64,000 nt of DNA from Amphiscolops sp. MND2022 (taxonomy: Eukaryota). The notes beneath the pieces were generated by a model. It saw only the letters and a list, made by a program, of their open reading frames with translations. It was not told the DNA's origin and ran no database searches. Both the position numbers and the translations under genes were made by a program. The stretch covers positions 49,662,001-49,726,000 of the forward strand of contig OZ076415.1 in NCBI GenBank assembly GCA_964187785.1, in the 5' to 3' direction. Positions 11,400-24,670 of the stretch are shown one piece after another. Numbering within the stretch: the first letter of the stretch is position 1; the number at the start of each line of letters is the position of its first letter.

Positions 11400-13960
11400 T
11401 GAGATGTTTGCATTTGTAATTCATTATATCAATTCAAGGTTTTCTTTCATACACGGATTGCTTCACTGTAGGGTGTGTTTTTCGGGGATATCGGCACACA
11501 CCCGAATGTGTTATTCCTGCTGTTTCTTAGGTTTCTGTTTGAGTTTTGATGGAAAACAACGAAGCCTGCAACGCTCTGAAGCCCTCAGGGTTGATAGACT
11601 GTGTAAATTCTAGGCTTTGCAACGGATGGGTTCTCGTAAAATGCGCCAATTTATCAAGAACGCAGGCACGGAACCTTGCAGAATATAAATCGTACGTACT
11701 CTTTAGTGAACACTATCGCTCAGTGTCACAATAATAACTTTAGACCAGACGTTTTTTAAATTTAGGCGTTGTTCACTTGAAAAGAGTTACTGAAAATTCA
11801 CGGATCCCTCTAGCTAAAAACTTGATACCCAAAATTAATTATGTTTGTGAAACCCTGTCAAATTTTGCCTTGTGGTGCTTATTGCTCTCCTCTCTAAGCT
11901 GTTTTTCAGAAAAACCACCTCGAGGAAGTATACCTCAGAGGTCATCACTAAATGCAATTATCAACAAGCGTATTCGGGATAGTGTCATTGAGAAAAAACC
12001 GGAACGCGACACAAAACCGCAACAGAAAACCGAGTTAGATAGACGCCTGCGTACCACTTGCACTAAATTAGATGAAGCTAACGTCAAGGCCGGAATCAGA
12101 TCAGTGGTAGGCAATGACAAGATTGCTAATTTCACGGTCGACAATTGCGCGGCCTTCCAGCTGAAACATCCTCAGAGGGAAACTTGCTCTGTTCTGGACC
12201 CCACAGTCATCTATTGTTTTTCAACCTCGGAATTTTTTTTCTTCCACAAGGCTCCCAAGTCCTTCCCCAATGGCACTAGGGCACTAGTGCAGGTTTGGAT
12301 GGCATTTCTCCAAGTTTTGAAAGATTTGATTGCCAAGTCGAACAGGCAAACTGGGTTGAATTTTCTAAGAGCCCTAACAAACTTTGTGAATGTGATTCTT
12401 GAAGGAAAAGAACCTTTCGAACTTCGGCCCTTTTTCTTTGGTGCGAACGTAATTGCGCTAAAAAAACCCGATGTTTGACTTCGTGCTATCGCCGTAGGCA
12501 TTATTTTTCGCCGGTTGTCCGCAAGTTGTGCCAAAAACCATGTCTTTGAATCACGTCAAGCAAGATACGGACGTCGACAAGTTGGAGTAGGAGCCAAAAG
12601 GGCTCTCAATTAGCCTCACAAGTTTCCTGTTGTTTGATAGAAAACCCCCAGCCCAAAAAACGTAATCTTGAAAATTGACATTGAAATCACTTTCAATTCG
12701 ATAAACCGACAATTCATGCTAGAGAAAACTTCTGAAAAACTCCCTGAAGTTTTTAAGTACTCGCAATCGGCGTACAGTCAACCAAGTTTTCTTTATGACG
12801 GTGATTCAGTAATCGAATTTAGTGAAGGGACCCAGCAAAGAGAATAAAGCGGAAAAAACGCTGGGACTCAAAATTAAACCCACGAAATGAGATTTTTTTC
12901 CTTAGTGACATCACTCGAAAAACACGACCGAACATTTTAGCATTTTTCCAAATTTTTGTACCGCCAAGGATCAAAACGCCAAAGAAAGAGAAACTTTACA
13001 ATCTTGGTTCACCGCTCTGCCCGAAAAAACAGGAAGACTTTGAAAAAAAATTATGAACTAGAAAAAGGTAATCGGATTGTTGAAAAACTAGATTTTGCTT
13101 CAGTGCGCCAAAATTGTGGTACGTCTTGAGAAACAGGACATGTTTTAATTATCCGGCTCTCTTGGAAAAGTATGACAAAACCATACGTGACGGGCTTTCC
13201 GAAGTGTGTAACGTAAACTTCGACTATAATGCGAGTACTCAGTCGGCTCTGCCTGCTAAAATGCGTAGGCTTGGGGTTTCATCCGTCTCGGTTTACGTCT
13301 CGGAGCCAATATCTGTGTTGTGCATGCGTGCCACTGTGGTGAAAGAGTTGAACGGGACGGGATGGTTTACTCGGTCCTTCTTGCACCAAGAGTTCTGGTC
13401 GCTTCTCACGTCATGCTTCTCAATTCTTTCATAAAGCAGACGTTGGGATCTCTGGATATACGTTCAATGCTCGAACCGCGTGGACTGTACCAAACTGATG
13501 GCAAACGCCTCGACGGTGCTAGTATGATTCCTTGGGAAATGGGTAAACAGCTGGTGTGCGATGACATGGTTGTGGATGTTTTTGCACCAGGTCGCCTAAA
13601 TCGAGGCTCCTTACCGAACATCAACGAGGGAACCACCGCCATCGAAGCTGGAGCGAATCAAAGTTGAGAAATGTTGCGAATTATTAGACAATGGATACAT
13701 TTTTCAATCGGTGGCCTTGGAAGTACAGGGTTTTTTAGACGAGAGCAGTGGAATTATCAAAACGTGTCTCCGTAAAATGCTTTGTCGCTGGCACGACAAT
13801 CAACGAGTTGGCCGTTTTTTTGAAACAACGGATTTCAATGGCTCTTCAGACCGGCAATGCAGCCTGTGTTCTAGGAACTGTGAGCGACAGGGATACGTTC
13901 GAGGAAGTTTATTACATATAGTTTATTTTTTAAAACCTGTATATCATTCCAGTTTTTGAA
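11400..13960 (+). mobile_element. CRE-like non-LTR retrotransposon (RT plus restriction-like endonuclease), internally deleted
   Basis: PFFFGANVIALKKPD, continuing out of frame into A-VG-I-FRRL and QVGVG; C-terminal HAC-CGERVERDG, EPRGL..DGKRLDG..IPWEMGKQLV resembling the CCHC and PD-(D/E)xK region of CRE-clade elements. Confidence 0.8.
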
Positions 13961-16900
13961 AAATGTTTCAACTGGTCGACTGGGATAGTGGCTGGTATGA
14001 ATAGTTTTTTGGTTGTTTTTTTTACTGATCTACTGGGTTAGTGGCTGGTATGGGGTTCCGTACTTTCGTTGCATACCACGGGTGTGTGTCTTCTCCACCT
14101 AACATGATAATACACATGGCACTTGATTGATGACGAAGATCCATAATATCTGATTGTGGAAGAAAAAAAAGAAGAAAAAATCTGCTTTTCACTACTCATT
14201 TCCAACCATTAAAAAAGCGATTCAATCATTTTGCTATTCAATTTCAATCATTTATCCGAGTCAATTTGAAATATTCATCAAATTTGCATAGCAACACTCC
14301 AAAAGTGAGAAAGATCAGATGCACGTTTCTTTTGTTTGTTTTGTCAAAAAGGAACTCGAAGAGTTTTCTACAACCTGCACCAAGTCTTTCCAATTTACTT
14401 CAAACTTCCGGTCGATGATTTCCTCTAATAAGGCAAGAATTACATAAGAAAAGAAAATTTTACACAACTTTAGTGGCCTTAATTCAGGAGCGACGTACCG
14501 CTGCTAGACCCGCTGCTGGTTTGACGAAAGCCGTTCTGAGATGGCGCGAAACGAAGGAGGCCGTGCTAAGTAATGAATTTTTCGGAGAATAATTGTTGTG
14601 ATAAACTTATTAAATAGTTTCAGAGCAATGCCTAATACCAGAACTGTTTGGTTCAACCACCGATGATGAGGAAGGTGTTCCACTCATTTGATTGAGTGTA
14701 CGTGCAAACTGGCATTTGATGCATATAATGGGTTCCTACCTGGCTTCCCAAACAAGATTCCGGAGAGTTTCATCAAATGCTCTTTCTTGTGTCGCTTTTC
14801 TAAAGCAGCTGAGGAGGCCGAGTTGCATTTAACGCATTCAGAAAATGTTGAACAGCCTCAGATCAGTGGCGAGTTGTCGAGTTTATTTAATGCAAACTCA
14901 AACGAACATTTAGGAAGAAGGGACAAATTACGAATACTTCGTGTACAGGAAGATGAAAATGAGGAGGATGTGTATCGAACGGTGATCAATGTGGCAAAAA
15001 AGCAGAACGTCTCGCATAGAGAGCGGACATCAGCATCTGTCACAGACGGCCCAGCAGAAGTGTAGAGCCTGACCAAGGGTGTCCATTTTTTGCGAAGTTT
15101 GTCCTAGTGACTAACAAATCAAAACTCAAAGAATGCGAAAATTGAATCTACGTTAATGATGACCTTACAAGGGAAAGGTTCACTATGGTTTTGCGACAAC
15201 GCCAGGATGTAACTTATGTCAATATGATTGAGGAAAAGTTAAGGTCTATTAAGCAAATGATTCCAAAATTGTATTTGATAGCCTCTTTAGGTTGTATGAA
15301 TGGGATGCGGATTCTGCTGTTTACTCTGTTTGGTTTGCAAGAGTAGTTTCTATTTTTCTTTATGACGGTGATTCAGTAATCGAATTTAGTGAAGGGACCC
15401 AGCAAAGAGAATAAAGCGGAAAAAACGCTGGGACTCAAAATTAAACTCACGAAATGAGATTTTTTCCCTTAGTGACATCACTCGAAAAACACGACCGAAC
15501 ATTTTAGCATTTTTCCAAATTTTTGTACCGCCAGGGATCAAAACGCCAAAGAAAGAGAAACTTTACAATCTTGGTTCACCGCTCTGCCCGAAAAAACAGG
15601 AAGACTTTGAAAAAAAATTATGAACTAGAAAAAGGTAATCGGATTGTTGAAAAACTAGATTTTGCTTCAGTGCGCCAAAATTGTGGTACGTCTTGAGAAA
15701 CAGGACATGTTTTAATTATCCGGCTCTCTTGGAAAAGTATGACAAAACCATACCTGACGGGCTTTCCGAAATGTGTAACGTAAACTTCGACTATAATGCG
15801 AATACTCAGTCGGCTGTGCCTGCTAAAATGCGTAGGCTTGGGGTTTCATCCGTCTCGGTTTACGTCTCGGAGCCAATATCTGTGTTGTGCATGCGTGCCA
15901 CTGTGGTGAAAGAGTTGAACGGGACGGGACGGTTTACTCGGTCCTTCTTGCACCAAGAGTGCTGGTCGCTTCTCACGTCATGCTACTCTCAATTCTTTCA
16001 TAAAGCAGACGTTGGGATCTCTGGATATACGTTCAATGCTCGAACCGCGTGGACTGTACCAAACTGATGGCAAACGCCTCGACGGTGCTAGTATGATTCC
16101 TTGGGAAATGGGTAAACAGCTGGTGTGCGATGACATGGTTGTGGATGTTTTTGCACCAGGTCGCCTAAATCGAGGCTCCTTACCGAACATCAACGCGGGA
16201 ACCACCGCCATCGAAGCTGGAGCGAATCAAAGTTGAGAAATATTGCGAATTATTAGACAATGGATACATTTTTCAATCGGTGGCCTTGGAAGTACAGGGT
16301 TTTTTAGACGAGAGCAGTGAAATTATCAAAACGTGTCTCCGTAAAATGCTTTGTCGCTGGCACGACAATCAACGAGTTGGCCGCTTTTTTTGAAACAACG
16401 GGTTTCAATGGCTCTTCAGACCGGCAATGCAGCCTGTGTTCTAGGAACTGTGAGCGACAGGGATACGTTCGAGGAAGTTTATTACATATAGTTTTTTTTT
16501 AAAACCTGTATATCATTCCAGTTTTTGAAAAATGTTTCAACTGGTCGACTGGGATAGTGGCTGGTATGAATAGTTTTTTGGTTGTTTTTTTACTGATCTA
16601 CTGGGTTAGTGGCTGGTATGGGGTTCCGTACTTTCGTTGCATACCACGGGTGTGTGTCTTCTCCACCTAACATGATAATACACATGGCACTTGATTGATG
16701 ACGAAGATCCATGATATCTGATTGTGGAAGATAAAAAAGAAGAAAAAATCTGCTTTTCACTACTCATTTCCAACCAATAAAAAAGCGATTCAATCATTTT
16801 GCTATTCAATTTCAATCATTTATCCGAGTCAATTTGAATTATTCATCAAATTTGCATAGCAACACTCCAAAAGTGGGAAATATCAGATGCACGTTTCTTT

Positions 16901-17895
16901 TGTTTGTTTTGTCGAAAAGGAACTCGAAGAGTTTTCTACAACCTGCACCAAGTCTTTCCAATTTACTTCAAACTTCCGGTCGATGATTTCCTCTAATAAG
17001 GCAAGAATTACATAAGAAAAGAAAATTTTACACAACTTTAGTGGCCTTAATTCAGGAGCGACGTGCCGCTGCTAGACCCGCTGCTGGTTTGACGAAAGCC
17101 GTTCTGAGATGGCGCGAAACGAAGGAGGCCGTGCCAAGTAATCAATTTTTCGGAGCATAATTGTTGTGATAAACTTAATAAATAGTTTCAGAGCAATGCC
17201 TAATACCAGAACTGTTTGGTTCAACCACCGATGATGAGGAAGGTGTTCCACTCATTTGATTGAGTGTACGTGCAAACTGGCATTTGATGCATATAAAGGG
17301 TTCCTACCTGGCTTCCCAAACAAGATTCCGGAGAGTTTCATCAAATGCTCTTTCTTGTGTGGCTTTTCTAAAGCAGCTGAGGAGGCCGAGTTGCATTTAA
17401 CGCATTCAGAAATTGTTGAACAGCCTCAGATCAGTGGCGAGTTGTCGAGTTTATTTAATGCAAACTCAAACGAACATTTGGGAAGAAGGGACAAATTACG
17501 AATACTTCGTGTACAGGAAGATGAAAATGAGGAGGATGTGTATCGAACGGTGATCAATGTGGCAAAAAAGCAGAACGTCACGCATAGAGAGCGGACATCA
17601 GCATCTGTCACAGACGGCCCAGCAGAAGTGTGGAGCCTGACCAAGGGCGTCCATTTTTTGCGAAGTTTGTCCTAGTGACTAACAAATCAAAACTCAAAGA
17701 ATGCGAAAATTGAATCTACGTTAATGATGACCTTACAAGGGAAAGGTTCACTATGGTTTTGCGACAACGCCAGGATGTAACTTATGTAACGGAAAAGTTA
17801 AGGTCTATTAAGCAAATGATTCCAAAATTGTATTTGATAGCCTCTTTAGGTTGTATGAATGGGATGCGGATTCTGCTGTTTACTCTGTTTGGTTT
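12790..17895. repeat. Tandem duplication of about 2.57 kb (12790-15357 copied to 15358-17895)
   Basis: Paired ORFs 13114/15681 and 14688/17256; the junction at about 15358 joins LINE B to the middle of CRE over TTTCTTT. Confidence 0.92.
14480..15355 (+). mobile_element. LINE family B 5'UTR and ORF1, truncated by a duplication junction
   Basis: Track ORF 14688-15065 (EHLGRRDKLRILRVQEDENEEDVYRTVINVAKK) is an ORF1 RRM-like region. Confidence 0.8.
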
Positions 17896-20800
17896 GCAAG
17901 AGTAGTTTCTATTTTAGTTAGGAGGCTCTCTAGTTTATACCCTGAAACGAAAAAAAATCAAAGAAACTAAAAGTACTTACAAACCTCAGCCAATAGTGCC
18001 TACCCACTAGAATCCTATGCGCCTATGGAAATTGAATCTGAATCAACTAGAAATTAGGATGTCACATTATATGTTCATGAATCTCTGTATTTTGAACCTT
18101 TGGAACTAAGCATACAAACTTAGCTTACAAATACACTGAAGTAAAATGTACCACTTAGAACAAGGAAAAGTTTTACGGATGTATGTTTGTACAATTCACC
18201 TTCCGTAAAGAAACCTTAATTCCTAAACAGTTCGAGTTACTTCTTGAGTCTCTTAATAAAAACAAGAACTATTATTTTTTAAGAAATAAAAATATAAACT
18301 TCTTAGAAAGCAGTCATGTAGAAAAGAGATATCTCAATTTGTTGGAAATTCATGGTTGCAGTCAAGAAATCGTAGAACCAACCCGTGTGACACATGACTC
18401 AGAATCCCTAATTGATCGAAAAATTATTACGAACGACCTATGGAATTTCGAGTTATCAAGACGTATATAACAGACCGTTTTGCAACTTATGTTGAAATGA
18501 GTATAAATGAGTCCCAATCCATTCGTTCTTATCATTTTATTAACGATAGACGGTTGCTCTTAGACGGTAAAGCCAAAAATCTCTATTTAAGAAACACTGA
18601 ACAATTGCCTAGAACTTGAACACTTAGGACAGTACATCAACACATATACGGAATATTTTGCGAACGAAATATGGGAAGCAGGAAATGCTTTCACGGTAGA
18701 AAAACTATCGAAACAATAGATGCCGTGAGACCCTTGTTCACGATAGAACCCAAAAAGCCTTAATTCGTAAAAATTGTACATGACACAGATACAAGCGCTC
18801 AAAACCCATCAGAACAAACTACGCAATACAAGAGCCAGAAATAATGTGCACCAACAGACTTCGAAAATGCAAACGCGAGTGCTATGATTCAAGTCTGAGT
18901 ATACTTATCAAACATCCTAAATGTTTTTACAAAGAATTTATCAATATCATTGGTAAAGCAAAAAATAACTCCAATTTGTTTATCCAGAACAATAAAAATG
19001 AATTCATTACGATTGACATTGATGTGGCCGAATCGTTCAAAGAAAAATTTTTTCCAACTGGAAGATCTCTCATGCTGCAATTGAACATATCTCATTTAAT
19101 ACCGATGGCACTGAAGATATGAAAAATCAGAATTTTTTACCCAGCTGATTGCACAGAATTTTCGAAGATTATTAAAATCCTAAAGAAACATGAATTACCC
19201 GGCCTAGATGGGCTGACTGCAAACATACTAAAAGTGAGTCCTAATGTAATAGTTGAAAAACTAGTTTTTCTTGTGGATGAATCGCTAATAAGTAGAACAC
19301 TTCCTCAGGTTTCGAAAGCCGCAAGAGTGGTACTAATATACGAACCTGGCAAGAAATCTATAAGTGGAAGTTACAGACCCATATCTGTTTTGTCAGTATC
19401 AAGATTTACACATTTGAACGTGTCGTACATAAGCGATTTCATAAGTTCTTGGATAAACATGAACTAGTCTACTCAGGACAGTTTGTATTCAAAATTAAAC
19501 TCAGCTCCAGCTACGCTCTCCTGGTATTTTAGAACTGATTAGGGATTATTCTAACCTCAATATTTTATGTACTTTGCTTAATTTACACAAAGCCCTTGGT
19601 ACAATAAAACCACGAGTATAGCCTGTACAAATTTGAAGCACATAGTTTCAGATGGGTTTTTTGTTGGGATTGATTTACATCATATCTAAATGATCGGAGT
19701 CAATGTGTTTCAATTTTTGGTAACGTCTATTGGTAACTAATATTTATTAAATGTAGTGTTCCTCAAGGATCTCTTCCGGGACCACTGTTGTTTTTGTTTT
19801 TCATGGAAATGATTTCCCGAACTCGTAGGCTTGGGGTTTCATCCGTCTCGGTTTACGTCTCGGAGCCAATATCTGTGTTGTGCATGCGTGCCACTGTGGT
19901 GAAAGAGTTGAACGGGACGGGACGGTTTACTCGGTCCTTCTTGCACCAAGAGTGCTGGTCGCTTCTCACGTCATGCTACTCTCAATTCTTTCATAAAGCA
20001 GACGTTGGGATCTCTGGATATACGTTCAATGCTCGAACCGCGTGGACTGTACCAAACTGATGGCAAACGCCTCGACGGTGCTAGTATGATTCCTTGGGAA
20101 ATGGGTAAACAGCTGGTGTGCGATGACATGGTTGTGGATGTTTTTGCACCAGGTCGCCTAAATCGAGGCTCCTTACCGAACATCAACGCGGGAACCACCG
20201 CCATCGAAGCTGGAGCGAATCAAAGTTGAGAAATATTGCGAATTATTAGACAATGGATACATTTTTCAATCGGTGGCCTTGGAAGTACAGGGTTTTTTAG
20301 ACGAGAGCAGTGAAATTATCAAAACGTGTCTCCGTAAAATGCTTTGTCGCTGGCACGACAATCAACGAGTTGGCCGCTTTTTTTGAAACAACGGGTTTCA
20401 ATGGCTCTTCAGACCGGCAATGCAGCCTGTGTTCTAGGAACTGTGAGCGACAGGGATACGTTCGAGGAAGTTTATTACATATAGTTTTTTTTTAAAACCT
20501 GTATATCATTCCAGTTTTTGAAAAATGTTTCAACTGGTCGACTGGGATAGTGGCTGGTATGAATAGTTTTTTGGTTGTTTTTTTACTGATCTACTGGGTT
20601 AGTGGCTGGTATGGGGTTCCGTACTTTCGTTGCATACCACGGGTGTGTGTCTTCTCCACCTAACATGATAATACACATGGCACTTGATTGATGACGAAGA
20701 TCCATGATATCTGATTGTGGAAGATAAAAAAGAAGAAAAAATCTGCTTTTCGCTACTCATTTCCAACCAATAAAAAAGCGATTCAATCATTTTGCTATTC

Positions 20801-23800
20801 AATTTCAATCATTTATCCGAGTCAATTTGAATTATTCATCAAATTTGCATAGCAACACTCCAAAAGTGGGAAATATCAGATGCACGTTTCTTTTGTTTGT
20901 TTTGTCGAAAAGGAACTCGAAGAGTTTTCTACAACCTGCACCAAGTCTTTCCAATTTACTTCAAACTTCCGGTCGATGATTTCCTCTAATAAGGCAAGAA
21001 TTACATAAGAAAAGAAAATTTTACACAACTTTAGTGGCCTTAATTCAGGAGCGACGTGCCGCTGCTAGACCCGCTGCTGGTTTGACGAAAGCCGTTCTGA
21101 GATGGCGCGAAACGAAGGAGGCCGTGCCAAGTAATCAATTTTTCGGAGCATAATTGTTGTGATAAACTTAATAAATAGTTTCAGATCAATGCCTAATACC
21201 AGAACTGTTTGGTTCAACCACCGATGATGAGGAAGGTGTTCCACTCATTTGATTGAGTGTACGTGCAAACTGGCATTTGATGCATATAATGGGTTCCTAC
21301 CTGGCTTCCCAAACAAGATTCCGGAGAGTTTCATCAAATGCTCTTTCTTGTGTGGCTTTTCTAAAGCAGCTGAGGAGGCCGAGTTGCATTTAACGCATTC
21401 AGAAATTGTTGAACAGCCTCAGATCAGTGGCGAGTTGTCGAGTTTATTTAATGCAAACTCAAACGAACATTTGGGAAGAAGGGACAAATTACGAATACTT
21501 CGTGTACAGGAAGATGAAAATGAGGAGGATGTGTATCGAACGGTGATCAATGTGGCAAAAAAGCAGAACGTCACGCATAGAGAGCGGACATCAGCATCTG
21601 TCACAGACGGCCCAGCAGAAGTGTGGAGCCTGACCAAGGGCGTCCATTTTTTGCGAAGTTTGTCCTAGTGACTAACAAATCAAAACTCAAAGAATGCGAA
21701 AATTGAATCTACGGTAATGATGACCTTACAAGGGAAAGGTTCACTATGGTTTTGCGACAACGCCAGGATGTAACTTATGTAACAGAAAAGTTGAGGTCTA
21801 TTAAGCAAATGATTCCAAAATTGTATTTGATAGCCTCTTTAGGTTGTATGAATGGGATGCGGATTCTGCTGTTTACTCTGTTTGGTTTGCAAGAGTAGTT
21901 TCTATTTTAGTTAGGAGGCTCTCTAGTTTATACCCTGAAACGAAAAAAAATCAAAGAAACTAAAAGTACTTACAAACCTCAGCCAATAGTGCCTACCCAC
22001 TAGAATCCTATGCGCCTATGGAAATTGAATCTGAATCAACTAGAAATTAGGATGTCACATTATATGTTCGTGAATCTCTGTATTTTGAACCTTTGGAACT
22101 AAGCATACAAACTTAGCTTACAAATACACTGAAGTAAAATGTACCACTTAGAACAAGGAAAAGTTTTACGGATGTATGTTTGTACAATTCACCTTCCGTA
22201 AAGAAACCTTAATTCCTAAACAGTTCGAGTTACTTCTTGAGTCTCTTAATAAAAACAAGAACTATTATTTTTTAAGAAATAAAAATATAAACTTCTTAGA
22301 AAGCAGTCATGTAGAAAAGAGATATCTCAATTTGTTGGAAATTCATGGTTGCAGTCAAGAAATCGTAGAACCAACCCGTGTGACACATGACTCAGAATCC
22401 CTAATTGATCGAAAAATTATTACGAACGACCTATGGAATTTCGAGTTATCAAGACGTATATAACAGACCGTTTTGCAACTTATGTTGAAATGAGTATAAA
22501 TGAGTCCCAATCCATTCGTTCTTATCATTTTATTAACGATAGACGGTTGCTCTTAGACGGTAAAGCCAAAAATCTCTATTTAAGAAACACTGAACAATTG
22601 CCTAGAACTTGAACACTTAGGACAGTACATCAACACATATACGGAATATTTTGCGAACGAAATATGGGAAGCAGGAAATGCTTTCACGGTAGAAAAACTA
22701 TCGAAACAATAGATGCCGTGAGACCCTTGTTCACGATAGAACCCAAAAAGCCTTAATTCGTAAAAATTGTACATGACACAGATACAAGCGCTCAAAACCC
22801 ATCAGAACAAACTACGCAATACAAGAGCCAGAAATAATGTGCACCAACAGACTTCGAAAATGCAAACGCGAGTGCTATGATTCAAGTCTGAGTATACTTA
22901 TCAAACATCCTAAATGTTTTTACAAAGAATTTATCAATATCATTGGTAAAGCAAAAAATAACTCCAATTTGTTTATCCAGAACAATAAAAATGAATTCAT
23001 TACGATTGACATTGATGTGGCCGAATCGTTCAAAGAAAAATTTTTTCCAACTGGAAGATCTCTCATGCTGCAATTGAACATATCTCATTTAATACCGATG
23101 GCACTGAAGATATGAAAAATCAGAATTTTTTTACCCAGCTGATTGCACAGAATTTTCGACGATTATTAAAATCCTAAAGAAACATGAATTACCCGGCCTA
23201 GATGGGCTGACTGCAAACATACTAAAAGTGAGTCCTAATGTAATAGTTGAAAAACTAGTTTTTCTTGTGGATGAATCGCTAATAAGTAGAACATTTCCTC
23301 AGGTTTCGAAAGCCGCAAGAGTGGTACTAATATACGAACCTGGCAAGAAATCTATAAGTGGAAGTTACAGACCCATATCTGTTTTGTCAGTATCAAGATT
23401 TACACATTTGAACGTGTCGTACATAAGCGATTTCATAAGTTCTTGGATAAACATGAACTAGTCTACTCAGGACAGTTTGTATTCAAAATTAAACTCAGCT
23501 CCAGCTACGCTCTCCTGGTATTTTAGAACTGATTAGGGATTATTCTAACCTCAATATTTTATGTACTTTGCTTAATTTACACAAAGCCCTTGGTACAATA
23601 AAACCACGAGTATAGCCTGTACAAATTTGAAGCACATAGTTTCAGATGGGTTTTTTGTTGGGATTGATTTACATCATATCTAAATGATCGGAGTCAATGT
23701 GTTTCAATTTTTGGTAACGTCTATTGGTAACTAATATTTATTAAATGTAGTGTTCCTCAAGGATCTCTTCCGGGACCACTGTTGTTTTTGTTTTTCATGG

Positions 23801-23818
23801 AAATGATTTCCCGAACTC
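15831..23818. repeat. Near-identical tandem duplication of 3993-3994 bp (15831-19823 copied to 19824-23818)
   Basis: ORF pairs 15978/19971, 17256/21249, 18183/22176 and 19234/23228; junction GAACTC|GTAGGC at about 19824. Confidence 0.96.
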
Positions 23819-24670
23819 ATGCAAAAACATTTTTCTGTTTCTCTTCGCTCATGAAACTAATTGTCTTTACGATAGAAATAAAAATGAATATCTTCATTGC
23901 ATGATGAAGTTGATTTTGTTCCTGAATAGATGGCCTTGATTAAACTTAGTTAGAACATTCCTAGAACTGAATTGGTCCATTTCTTCAACTAGAAAGATGA
24001 CAACTTAGTATGTAAGAGAGACTGAAATAGCTTGTGCTGAATACGTCAAGTATCTGGGTATCTTACTTGATCAAAACATAACTTACCTGTTCCACGTCCA
24101 ACGAGTATTGGGAAAGTTAGCCAAACATAAGTCTGCTATTAACAGTCTGAGGCATTTGACCAGTAGTTTTGTAATAATAAGGTTTTACAACACAAACATG
24201 GAACCTTTTATCCGATAAGGATTCTTAATATATGGATATATGGGTGCACGAGCAAAAGTATATCGAATGATTAATTTTTTGTTCAGAGAAAACATTCAGC
24301 GTAATCTGTTTTAAAAAAACCGAAGATATTATTCTGATGAATTGTTCGAAAGAAGCCAAATCATGAATGTTATCGACCGTATCTGAAGTTTCGAAGTTAG
24401 CCGTGCATACAGTAAAGGAAGTCAACTGCCCAATTTCACGATCCTGTACATCCAAGAAAGTTCGACCGTTTTAACTCGGAGTGTTTTTTCCATTATATTC
24501 TATAAACATGAAGTACAAACAGAAGTCAGTCGACAATCACATACCAATCGCGGAACTCTGTTACCGAATCATTTTTCAAAAACAAATATGTCACTTGGAA
24601 ATTATGAATCTATCGGTGAAAACGAGAAGATAAAGTTAATCTTAGGAATTGAATACAAAATAAAAGTGTG
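17050..24670 (+). mobile_element. LINE family B (CR1/L2-type): ORF1 and decayed ORF2, interrupted by the 3.99-kb duplication; ORF2 runs 21893-24670 in the second copy
   Basis: EN motif EPTRVTHDSESLID; RT motifs PGLDGL, SYRPISVLS and VPQGSLPGPLLFLFF; homology ends at an AATAAAA tail near 24665. Confidence 0.85.

Noticed and set aside
24330-24356. CTGATGA...CGAAA hammerhead-like core (also near 26540 and 63948)
   Set aside because: Stem II cannot pair, no cleavage-site stems are present, and the first two lie within the LINE B ORF2 3' region
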